Position numbers and translations under genes: made by a program. Below, one piece after another: positions 1 to 11,744 of a DNA stretch of 64,000 bases (position 1 is its first letter; each line of letters starts with the position of its first letter). Under the pieces are notes generated by a model, which saw only the letters and a list, made by a program, of their open reading frames with translations, had not been told where the DNA came from and did not search any database. Source of the stretch: Camelus dromedarius (taxonomy: Eukaryota); NCBI RefSeq assembly GCF_036321535.1, contig NC_087436.1, positions 114,578,001 to 114,642,000 of the forward strand, in the 5' to 3' direction.

Positions 1-420
1 AATTCATTATGTGCAAAAAGGTAGGTTAGTATATAAAGTTCGCTTTTTAGTTTTAAATTGCTCCTTACTCCACATACAAGTACTTTATTGTTCTATTCTC
101 TGTTTAGGAAAAATGTTTTTTAACATTTAAGAAGTTTGTGAATTAAAGCTTTCTTTATTTTCTTTTGTTTTGAAGGTGATTATAAATGTAGTCTCATGGA
201 AATGGGGTAAAGTGTAAACTAAATTCCCCACTATGGTCTCTTTTGACAACAGTATCTCACAGTTCCAAATAGTTGACCATGTGAACGTGCACAATAAAAG
301 GCAAATTAGGTTCAGAGTGTATTATTGTGATTTAATGTTCTGTGAAACTGTATTTGATTGTTGTATGTTCCTTAACTTTTTTTGTATTCTTATTTTTATA
401 TTCACTTTTTTATACTCTAG

Positions 421-509
421 GAAACTTGAATGTTACCCTTCAAGTCTGGGACATAGGAGGACAGACAATAGGAGGAAAGATGTTGGATAAATATATCTAT
501 GGAGCACAG
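421..509 (+). CDS. RAB28: RAB28 coding exon 3 (switch II / G3 motif WDIGGQ)
   Basis: Acceptor ttttttatactctag|, donor CAG|gtatga; 89 nt, phase 1 to phase 0; encodes (G)[29 protein letters not shown]. Confidence 0.96.
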
Positions 510-574
510 GTATGAAATGAATTCTGTGGTTATTCCAGTACTGTGAACACCCTCCTCACAAACAGAAGCAGTTG

Positions 575-627
575 CACATAGACACACATACACAGACACA
601 CACACACACACACACACGCGCGCGCGC
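575..627. repeat. Compound (CA)n(CG)5 microsatellite
   Basis: cacatagacacacatacacag(ac)n followed by cgcgcgcgcg, read directly. Confidence 0.95.
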
Positions 628-2307
628 TCTTTCTACCTTGATTTTTGTCTGATATGTAGAGAGACTAATTTTAGATTTGTGCAGATCTTTTCCTTTTCCT
701 CCTCCCCCAAAATCACGTTTGGAATGACTTAGGTCAGGGGACTGGGTGACTCTACGAGCCTTCATATGCTACTTATATTACTGATATTATTGTCAGCAGT
801 TGAATACATGCAGTGACAAATGATATTTTGATTTTTATTAACTGATTTGGTTGTATCGACTACTTACAGAATATGTAAAGTGAATGAAAATACAGTATGG
901 GAAAATTTTATTTTAAGTTGTAAGGACAAAAAGCATATTTATGTCTATATGTTTTTGTACTATGAATTAGTCTATTAAATATTTATAGTTCTTCAGATTT
1001 AATAGATATATCAATGTATTAGAAAACTAAATATGGCTAATTATATATGAAGCACATATAATATTTTAACATGATAGTCACGTGTGGTGTCTCTTCAGAA
1101 GAAAAATCTATGTGTAAGAAAAACCACTTGAATAATTTTATAACAAAAATTCTTTGGCAACATGAGCTTATATAGACATAATTTATAAGGTTTAAAATAA
1201 AATTATACAAGTAGAAAACATACATGATAGTAATTAACATACTTAAAAATTAATTAATTGACATACTGTTTATTTTTGCTTTTTCTTCCACTTTTAATTA
1301 GTATGTTATCTTTCACATCATCATGAGGTATTGGGGGGATAATATTCCTAACCCTCATTTAGTTCTTTATTGGAATTTGATGTTTTAAGTGGAGGATCGT
1401 AACTTGGTTATGTGGAACAATGTTACTCATAAGAAGTGAGTCTAGAAGATGAAGACAGAGAATAGTGAGCACTCTTCTATATGAAGTTTGATGCTTAACA
1501 AATACCACTGCTCTAATTTTGCATGGAAAATGGATTTTGACTTATTTTCTAAAATATTAAGAGAAGGATGAAGCTTACATGGTTCTTAATCATGTATAAA
1601 GGCCTTTGTGTTTTCTTATTTTGCATTATTGATACATAGATTTGGCTCCTAGAATCCTTCTTTGCTTTGTCTTCTACATTGTTCTTTGTCTTCTGGAAAA
1701 TCTTTCTGCTCATTTAACATTTTCACTTGTGACATATGACTTGATATTTTATGCCTGTTCATTTTTCTCTTAAAAGAAATATCTCAGATTTTTGTGGCTA
1801 GCTTTTTCATTGTTGTTTGTTTCTGTTTTATAAACTGATTATGTTTAAAGTAGATATTAAACTAAAGTAAAATTGCTGGACAGAGACTTGTGGGAAGCTA
1901 CAGTCCTTGTTTCATTCACCTAGTTGGTAAAATGGGATTTGAAGATAGCAATGTCTGTCCTCTTTGCTCCATTAAAATCTATCTTCATGGACACCTATTG
2001 GATTTTTAAAAAATGAAGACTAGATCAGTCAAGCTTCTAACTGATATTTGACTCTGAATGTCAAATAGAATAGTTTTTTATGGTTTATAAATATATCAAG
2101 AGTTAGTGGCGAACAGGAAGATTTTTATACATCTCAGAGTAAATAATACTATGACATTCAATTAATAAATTTTTTTCACTTAAAATTAGAGGAACTAAAT
2201 GCTTATGGATTGGCCTCTATTTTACTTCAAATCATATAAAATTTTATTATTTGACTTATATAAATTTAAAGTTTATTAGTACTACAAAATTATGATATAA
2301 AATTAAT

Positions 2308-2397
2308 GTTGATATGAAATTCACATAATTTAAAATTAACCATTTTTAAAGTATATAATCAGTGGCATTTAGTACATTCACAGTGTTGTGTGACCAA
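2308..2397 (-). mobile_element. Short L1 (L1MA/MB-type) 3' end fragment
   Basis: aaattcacataat...aaattaaccatttttaaagtatataatcagtggcatttagtacattcacagtgttgtg resembles an antisense L1M 3' UTR. Confidence 0.7.
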
Positions 2398-4964
2398 GTC
2401 CTTCAAATCAATTTTTTGCAGTGTATGTTTTATGTTAGTACATATCTGCTTAAAGTCAGCAGATGTTAATGGGCAAATTTGTAGAAATTTAGAAAATTTC
2501 CATTTTTTTTGAGGATACTTGAGTTTAGTAAAATGTCTCTATTCTTTTCTAATGTATTTCATATCTTGGGAGAAAGAGGATGTCACATAAGATTTCTGTT
2601 TTGAAGGTACATGTTTTTTTTCTCATTTGACAGTGCCTTACATTGTTTATACTTAACAATCTCTGTAAAGCATATACGCAGTTTTATTAAAAAAAACAGT
2701 GTAGTAAAGTATTTCTAGGAAATTCATGAACATTTTCATGAGATCGTCCCAGGAAAGTAGGAATTCTAAGAAGGTAAAATGAGATGTCATACATTAATGA
2801 TAATATAATTAAATTTTTTCTGCTTTCTAAAGATTCTAAATTAAATAATATATAAAATACAATACAGTACATTTACGAGTAGTTTCTTTTGTTAAACTCT
2901 ATGTAAATTTTTTAAGCAGGCCAGAGAAGCTCTGTCTAAAGTTCACTGCCATAAACTGGGGAAACGTTACTTTTAAAAAAACAGTGCTTTCATAAGCACT
3001 TTAATAGCATTTAATAACTTTATGTAATTATATAATTACTCTTCAAAGTGGATCTACACTGTTTTTAGAGTTGTTGTGGATGCTGTATATTGCCTATCTC
3101 ATGAATATTTTGGATTTTTGTGCACATGCTACAGGATAGAAGTCTTTCAGAAATGTTTTGACAAGCTATTTTGAAGACATTAGTATAATGTATTATTTAG
3201 GATTTTAATTTAGGTTCTCTAACTTATATAATGTGTATAGAAAGAATTATATGTATCTGGGCTATTAAGCTATAGATCTCTTTTTTAAAGCACTTCTTAT
3301 TGTGTAGAAAGAAACCTATTTGTAGGCTTGAAATTAAGTCAAATAAAACTGATTATTTTACCTTCTTCACTTTTTTTTTCTGCCAGTAGCATTAAATTTT
3401 AGTGATAGTGTATTGAATAGTGTTGATTAAAACAAAATTGAATTGACACCCAAGAAAGAGTTAATGAGGTATTTTGTCAAGAACTAGTTCTAAGAATTGA
3501 AGTATGTCCCAGTTAAATTCCCAGATTTTAAATTAACTTAAAATTTTCTAGGAGTCTTCAGAAAGATGTTATAGGCTATTTTTCATAGCGGTTACGAGCA
3601 AACACACAGTACATAGTGTTTAGTGCCCTGTAACCTGTGGCTAACAGAGGCTAATAACAAACCTCAGAGAAGGACTGGATGTTTCATTTTTGTAGCTCTT
3701 TCCGTCCTGGAATCTAAGTGGTTTGCAAACACTGCCCTACTGAGCATAAACTCAATGAAGTGTAGTCATTTGTGAGGTAGAACATAACTACTGTTTTGTG
3801 CCAGTGTCCCACACACATGAGCCACCCTGTTAACCAGCGACAAAAGGATATGGTGCCTGTGTGACAACTGGGGAGAGAGCACGTCTCAAAGTTGCACTCC
3901 TTGAGACTGTCTGCTGTCTTTTACTATGAATTTTTTGGTTGGATGTTTGCCAACTTATAACTGTGTTTACAGACCTCTCGCGTTAGTTTTCCTTCTTACA
4001 GGTTGTACTTACACAGCAAAGTATATGTTATTATGATTATTATATAGTCTTTATGATTTAATTCATTTCTGTATGTAATTAAAAACTAAAGTAGATTATT
4101 GTGCAAATCAGGGGAAAATACCTGCATTTTGGAAATAGAGAACCTTTCATTTTGGGGGAAGGTTAAATTCTGTGTACTGTATCTGTTAAATTTTAGAACT
4201 AAATTTGTGAAATACCTTATGTTATGGTTGTGTTGCCACAGTGTTTGTTCCTTCAAGACTGCTATCAGTTATTCCTTTGAAAATGGTATCCATTTGATTT
4301 ACTGACTCATGCTTATTAGATATGGTGATAAGTGAAATAGATGAAAATAAAGTACTATATAATATTATGTAAAATTTATTGAAAGTCTTGAGGTTTATAA
4401 GGAGAAGAGGTACCATCTTAGAATTACAGGAGGAAAAAGTGAAATTAAGGCATAGAAAATGGAGGCAACTTTTAATGAAGAATTTGAGGATATAGAAGGA
4501 TTTATTAAACTTGAAGTCTGATTTCCACAAGTCATGGCAAAAAGATTTGGGAAGAAGAGAAGCAGTTGGAGAATAAATTAGGAAGAGGAAGCATAGGGCA
4601 GTTTGGGGATGAAGACATAGAAGGATAAATGGTGGATAGATTGGTGATAAAGAGGATATCAGCAACATGAGACATGGTGCTGGGTTTAGATGGCCACCAG
4701 ACTGCCAAGAGACAGTTATTTCTAGCAGTTTCCAGTAGATTCTTCTCAGACTTCAGTTGTTGCCAACATGTGTTGCATTTCTGAGGGAGTTACGCTTTCT
4801 GATAGTTTTCTGGAAGGAGTCAAGAGGTCTGGATTGACTGATGTGGTGAGAGACTCAGGGCTTTGAGGGTGCTTATATTATAGTCTCCCAAAGAGGTGAG
4901 TACTTAGAGGTCTGGCATTGGTGTGCTGGTGGGTAGAGGCCCTGGGAGTCGGTGGCTGCTTGTA

Positions 4965-7900
4965 TGAGTTGGTAGTTTGTGTGTGTTTCAAAGAATTGAT
5001 TCATTTCATCTGTGTTATCAAATTTTTGGCTGTAGAGTTGTTCATATTATTCCTTTACTATCCTTTTAATGTCTGTGGAATAATGACCCGTTATTAATTT
5101 GTGCCTACTCTTTCTCTCTCTCTCTCTCTCTGTCTGACTCTTGTCTGTCTTTGACTGTCTCGATCTCTCTCCCTGTCTCTTGTCTCTCTCTCTCTTTTTT
5201 TGGTTAACCTGGCTAGAAGTTTACCAGCTTTTGGTTTTGTTAATTTTCTCTATTGTTTTCCTCTTTTCAGTTTCGTTGATCTCTGCTCTAATTCGTTTTT
5301 CTTCTGCTTGCACTAAGTTTAAATTGCTCTTCTTCCTCAGTTTCCTAAAGCAGAAGCTTAGATTAATGATACTTCTTCTCTTCTGATATATTTGTTCAAT
5401 GCTTCACATTTTTCTTTAACACTGTTTTTGCTGTATCTTCAAGTTTTGATAGATTGTATTTTTATTTGCTTAAGATATTTTAAACTTCTCTTGAGACTTC
5501 TTTTTTGATCATGTCTTATTTACAATTATGTTGTTTAATCTCCAAATATTTAGAGTTTTTCCAACTGTCTATTATTGATTTCTGGTTTAATCCCATTGTA
5601 ATCTAAGAATATGCTTGATGTGATTTCTATTCTTATAAATTTGTTAATATATTTTTATGGCCCAGAATGTAGTCTGTCATAGTGAATGTTTTGTACTAGC
5701 TTGAGAAGAGTGTAAATATTCATATTGTTGGATGGAGTGTTTTATAAATGTCAGTTAGGTGAAGCTGATTGTTAGTGCTGGTCAGGTCAGCTTAGGGATT
5801 TTCTGCTTGCTTGATGTATCAATGAAAAAGTTGTTGAAATCTCCAACTGTACTAGTGGATCTGTGGATTTTGAATTCCTTACAGTTCTATCAATTTTAGC
5901 ACCGTGTATTTTGATACTCTGTTGTTAAGTGTGTGTACACAAAGGATTGTTATGTCTTCTTAGAGAATTAACCCTTTTATCATTATGCCAATCTTTATAG
6001 CTCATGATTTTCCCTTATTCTGAACTCTTCTTTGTCTGAAATATGGCTACTGCAGCTTTCTTTTCATTAGTGTTAGCATGATATTTCTATATCCCTTGAT
6101 GTTGACCCATGTCTTTATATTTAAAAGGTGTTACCTGTAGGCAACATATAGTTGAGTCTTGGTTTTTCATCCATTCTGACAATGTCTTTTAATTGGTGTA
6201 TTTAGACCATTCACATTAAAAGTGATTATTGATATAGTTGGGTTCCTATCTTTCATGTTTGTTTTCTATTCCTTGTGCTTCCCCCGCACCCTCAGCCCCT
6301 TTCTCTTTCCCATGGTTTTATTTGAGCATTTTATCTCTTCTCTTAGCCTGTGAATTATACTTAAACATTTTAAGCAATTGCTCTAGAGTTTTCAATATAC
6401 ATTTTAAACTAATCTAAGTTGACCTTCATATGATGCTGTATTGCTTCCTGTATAGTTCATAAAATATTTAATGGAAGAATGTTCTCAGTTCATTCCTCCT
6501 GCCCCTGATGGCATCACTGTCATTTATTTCACGTATCTTTATGCTATAATCACTCAATACATTGTTACTGTTATGAAATAATTATATTTTAGATTAATTA
6601 AGAATAAGAAAAATGATTTTATTTTATCTTTACTGGTTCCTTCTCTGATATACTTCCTTCCTTTACATAGAACTGAGTTTCTGACCTCTATCATTTCCTT
6701 CTCCTTAAAGAATCTCTTTTAACATTTCTTCTCGGGCAGGTCTTCTAGCTATGAATTTCCTCAGTTTTTATTTATCTGAGAAAGTCTTTATTTCTCCCTT
6801 ATTTATGAAAGATAATTTTACATATAGAATTTTAGATTGGCCCTTTTCTTCCTTTCAACACTTTAAATATTTCACTCCATTATTTTCTTAATTGCATGGT
6901 TTCTGATGAGAAATTATCTATAATTCTTAACCCTTGTTCCTCTATAGATAGGGTATTCCTTCCCTCCTTTTGGCTTCCACCCCTTGCCTTTTCTCCAGAT
7001 TTTCTCTTTGTGTTTTGTTTTATGCAGTCTAAATTCTAAATATATGATGTTCCTAAGTGTAGATGTTTTGGTATTTATCCTACTTGATACTCTCTGAGAT
7101 TCTTGGGTCTGTGGTTTGGTGTCTTAATTTTGTCAGTTTCTTGGCTGTTATTACTTCAAATATTTCTTAAGTTCCATACTCTCATCTCCTTCTGGTATTC
7201 CAGTTCCATGTATGATACACCATTCAGAATTGTCCCATAATTCTTTGATGTTTTGTTTTCTTTTTTCTTTTTTCTCTTTGCATTTCAGTTTTGGAAGTTT
7301 GCATTGTCTTATCTTTAAGCTCAGTGATTCTTTTCTGGGTTGTATCCAGTCTACTGATGAGCCTATCAATGACGTTCTTTATTTCTGTTATAGTATATTT
7401 TTGATGTCTAGTATTTCCTTTTTTTTATTCTTTGAAGTTTCCATCTCTTTGTGTATGTTACCCACCTGCTCTTTTATGTTGTCTACCTTTTCTATTGGAG
7501 TCATTAAAATATTAATCACAGTTATTTTAAATGCCTGGTCTGATCATTCTAAAATCAGTCTCATATTTGAATGTGGCTCTAATGCTTATTTTTTGTTGAA
7601 AACTAGACACGATGTATCAAGCAATATGAAGTCAAATAAATAGGTCTTTAGTGTGAAGTGTTATGTTAATTTGACCAGGAGTTGGTTTATGTTTAATGTT
7701 TGTTGAAGCTTTAGGCGTTAGAGACATCAGGTTCCTCTAGTGTCCTTTTTTTTTCCCCTCCCTTGTGTTTTTTGACCATCACAGAGAGCTCTTCCTTAGT
7801 TGAAGTTTGTGTCTTGCAGCTCTTTCACATGTAATCTACTGCCTTATTGATGTGTGGTGGAGCATGGAGGAGGAGAAACCGTCTATACTCTTAGGATTAA

Positions 7901-8525
7901 GTCATAGCCTTTTAGTGCATATGTGTCCCTGGGCTGTGACCTTCACGGATATTTCTTGGCTTTTCCGACTTAAGTGAGACAGGATGGCTAGAAGGGGCTG
8001 GAGTTTGGAACTGCCCTTCTCCCGTGTGATAGAAGACTCTAACTAGGCTTTTTTCTTGGGGAATATGCCTTTTTGATGAATAATGCTTGGGTGTATTTTA
8101 CAGTAGTTACTTTCTCCCTCCCCGTGCCAGAGCTGTGAGGGGATTTTTTTCTTGACTCTTTACCATGAGGATCTTGTGGGGTTCCTAGAGGTAAAACCCA
8201 CGAAAGTATGTCCAAAGGCCCTCTCCCCCAGGAGTTTCTCACTCTCAAACTAGACCACACTCAGCCTCCAGCAGTTCATCAAAATTACCATTTAAATATT
8301 TCTACTGTTTACTGACTCTAGTGGCTTTTGTTCCAAGTAAGCAGATTTTGGCTATGACTCTGAATTTGCCTGTCTCTTCAGATTTCAGGGTAGCAATTTG
8401 CCATTCAGACTTAATTCTCTGTTGTGTCCAAGAAAAGTGATTGATTTTCAGTTTATCCAACTTTTTTCTTACTTATAAGGACAGATGTGATGACTTCTAA
8501 GCTCTTTACATGAAACCAAAAGTCC
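4965..8525 (-). mobile_element. Old L1 (L1MC/MD-like): 5' UTR, ORF1 and the start of ORF2; degenerate
   Basis: ORF1-like remnant in track ORF 7151..7369 (KQNIKELWDN...GIPEGDE); antisense ORF2 start cttttaattggtgtatttagaccattcacatt near 6190; L1M 5'-end-like sequence at 8350-8525; internal (TC)n at about 5112-5195. Confidence 0.88.
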
Positions 8526-8807
8526 TAGTACTTCTTTTGTGTTTTAAGGTCTTTGGTTTTCTCATTTTCCCTTCTCAGATTTTCACCACATTGATGTAGG
8601 TCAAAACTGGTACAAAATTGTCATGTTAGGAGCAAAGATAAAATCATAATTTTTACATTAGATGGTACTGAGAAAGGGATATATAAACTGATAGATGTTC
8701 GGGTTGGTAGATAGATTTATGAAAAGATGTTATCCTTCTTTCTTATGAGTCTTGGACAACTTATAAGTGTCACTGACTTAAGAGTATTGGGACACGTTGG
8801 TTTAGAT

Positions 8808-9017
8808 CAGAAATTGGCCAACTTTTCCTTAAAGAGTCAAATAGAAAATATTTTAGATTTTGCAAGTCAGACTGTCTCTGCTTCAGCTATCATAGTGCAA
8901 AAGCAGTCATTAATAATACTTAAGCAAGTAACTATGACTATATTTCAACAAAGGTTTATTTATAAATACAAGCTATGAGCTGGATTTGACCTAGGGGCCA
9001 TAGTTTACCAACTCCTG
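8808..9017 (-). mobile_element. MER58A-like hAT-Charlie MITE
   Basis: Termini cagaaattggccaact / agtttaccaactcctg; 8-bp TSD gtttagat / gtctagat. Confidence 0.85.
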
Positions 9018-9796
9018 GTCTAGATCAGTTGTATTTAATTTTTATCGTATAGCTCTCGTCTAGTACTGATTATCAAGAGATGCTGGCTATGTTTTATTTG
9101 CATATATTTTATTACATTCAGGTATTAACCCATGTTGTGTTGATGGATATTTTAATATGTTGTTAGAAGAGTTCTAAAAACTTTAAGCTTTAAGAGGCAC
9201 CATCAAGGCTCAATTTATGAGAGTAAAAACTACCTCAAAGTTACCTTGAAATGTAATTCATATTCATTCAGAATAATTTAAAAAGTTCCCAGCAATTGTG
9301 TAGGATGTTAGTTTTAAAATAAGTCTATTTTTATTACTTCACTTAATCACTTAGGCATGACAGGTATTATAATGGTGGATGACAGAGGCATTGCCCAAGA
9401 TCAGTGATCTGACTTCCAGAGCAGTGTTCTTTTAACATAATATATTGTATCACTCATGTCAACTGGAGGTTGAGTCAATAGATTAAATACTAGCTTTGTT
9501 CAGAGGCCAATTCTGGTGTGTTATTCTAAATGAGAAAAGTGGGATTATGCTCATTATCTCAAATAATTCTGTACTGAGCATTATTACAAAGCATTTAGGA
9601 AGACACACAGAAATACATGTATAAGTTACTGAAATAAATCAGACAAGCGATTTTACATAAAATTATAGAATAATTAAACTGAAAGGGATCTTAGAGACTG
9701 TTTAACTCAATGATCTAATTCTACAGGCAAACAACCTGAGATCCAGAGAGGCTAAGTGACTTAGGGACCAGTCTTATTTAATAATAAAAGACCATG

Positions 9797-9891
9797 CAAT
9801 ATATGTAAATTAAACCATCATGCTGTATGTCTTAAACTTGTCCGGTGATGTATGTCACTTATTTCTCAATAAAACTGGAGGGAAAAAAAAA
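9797..9891 (+). mobile_element. L1 3' tail fragment with aataaa and A-tail
   Basis: catcatgctgtatgtcttaaactt...tttctcaataaaactggagggaaaaaaaaa. Confidence 0.7.
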
Positions 9892-9892
9892 G

Positions 9893-10277
9893 CATAGTGC
9901 TGGAAGGTCATAACGGTAGTAGGCTAGAGCCAGACTAGAAGAGTCAATTGTGAAATTCTGATGAATTTTTGTGAGCTGGTTGTTGAATACATTCATGAAT
10001 AAAAATTACATGTAAACTCAAATTATATTAAAAACAAAGATTTATATAATCAAAATGTATCACTTACTAATTATTTTACTATATATTTCTGTTATCTGTG
10101 CTCTTGGTATAAATAGTGGTATACTCCACAACTCAGTTCAGTAAAGTGACATTAATAGCTTGAAAATGGCCACAGACGAGTATTTGCATTACAGAAACTG
10201 ACAAATGTTACAGATAACACTCTCTTCCCTACCCCTGACATGCTCGAGCTGGTTGATTAATATTTACCTGCATGTGA
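9893..10277. mobile_element. MER63-like hAT-Blackjack element
   Basis: Two gagctggttg motifs and a terminal ttaatatttacctgcat, resembling MER63 ends. Confidence 0.6.
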
Positions 10278-10299
10278 TCAGCCATGACTTCTGTGTTAT

Positions 10300-10605
10300 A
10301 TACTTGTCTGTTTATGTGCCTGGCTTTGCTGCAAGACTGTGAGTTCCTTGAGGTTGGAATGTATATCCTTAGTACCCAGCACAATGCTTGGCGTATAGTT
10401 GACAGACAAATGTTTGTAGAATGAATGAGTGGGCTTTATATTCATGCAGTCCTTGATTCAAATCCTGGCTCTGTGTTACTTTGTGTTTGACCTCTGTGTA
10501 TTAGTAAAATGAGGATAATAATACCAGTCTTGCATGATTGTTGTGAAGATTAATACATGTCTGGTACATAGTAGGTGTAAAAAAGTAGTCAGCATTTATG
10601 ATTAT
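10300..10605 (+). mobile_element. L2 3' end followed by a MIR
   Basis: gcacaatgcttggcgtatag...gaatgaatga (L2 tail), then ttcaaatcctggctctg...gtaaaatgaggataataatac (MIR core). Confidence 0.75.
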
Positions 10606-10749
10606 AACTCAAGAAGGAGACTAAATGCTATTAGGATCCAGGCATACTATATGCAGAGCTTTGTATTAAGCATTTAACCACAAATTGGATGAGAATCAAG
10701 AATGTGGCACTGTTATTTGTGTATGTGTACATACTTCTCCTTCCCACAC

Positions 10750-11200
10750 AAAATAATGGGATATATTAAAAGGAATATGATATATAAGAGGCAGGAAGCA
10801 ATTCCTCTGTTACATTTGGCTTTGTTCAGGCTCTTATTACAGTATCATGTCCAGTTCTACATTGCTCATTTTAAAGAGGATGTCAAAAAACTGTACGTAG
10901 CATGCCCTGGGAAGAACCAACAATTATGATTAAAGGGATAGAAAATAGGTCCTTTGAGGCAAGTTTAAGGAATTGAGTTTGTTTATTCTGGAGAGGAGCT
11001 GGTGAAGGAGTTACTCAGCTATCTTCAAGTGCATGAAGGGTTAGTATAAGGAGGACACTCTCACGTTGTTCTCCAGATGCACAGAGGACCAAAAGAGGAA
11101 GTCGACTTACTTCATTTAAAGAAAATTGTGTTAAACACTGAAATTGACTATCAAGGGATGTCATGGAATCTCCATTTTTGAAAATATTTAAAAAGAGAGC
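10750..11200 (+). mobile_element. L3/CR1 LINE fragment
   Basis: gtccagttct...cattttaaagaggatgt...tttaaggaattgagtttgtttattctggagaggag...tatcttcaagtgcatgaaggg, typical of the CR1/L3 ORF2 3' region. Confidence 0.75.
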
Positions 11201-11614
11201 AGCAGCAGCAGATGGTTATTTATTGAGAAGTTTAAATGTTTGACCTCATGAAAGTGGCAGGCAGACTTGTGGACCTTGCAGTTTTTTTCCACCTTTGTGA
11301 TATGATTTTCTTACATTTATTGTAACTTACCAAACATATCCCTGATATTTCATTGGGAAGCCACTTACAAAAAGATAAAATTATTCTTTAGCTTGCATTG
11401 TATTTTAATTGCTGGATTTATCTTAAATGAAAATATTTAGTGTTATCTGTCTGCTGACAACTAAATTGAAGTCAGATACAAACAGTCCATGTTTGTATTT
11501 TTATACTCTGCTGGACTGCTAGACTACTAGTAGTATCTACTGCTTAAGCATATTCGGTTTTAATATTTTTTTCAACTGTTGTGTTACAAATATTCCGTAA
11601 CTCTTTTGTGACAG

Positions 11615-11744
11615 GGAATCCTCTTGGTATATGATATTACAAATTATCAAAGCTTTGAGAATTTAGAAGATTGGTATTCTGTCGTGAAGAAAGTGAGTGA
11701 GGAGTCAGAAACTCAGCCACTGGTTGCCTTGGTGGGCAATAAAA
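11615..11744 (+). CDS. RAB28: RAB28 coding exon 4
   Basis: Acceptor gtaactcttttgtgacag|, donor AAA|gtaagt; 130 nt; encodes [43 protein letters not shown] plus the first base of Ile. Confidence 0.97.

Noticed and set aside
233..490. 85-aa ORF overlapping exon 3
   Set aside because: Different frame from RAB28 and mostly intronic pyrimidine tract
4222..4668. 148-aa hydrophobic minus-strand ORF
   Set aside because: It is the complement of a purine-rich low-complexity stretch; no domain motif or splice support
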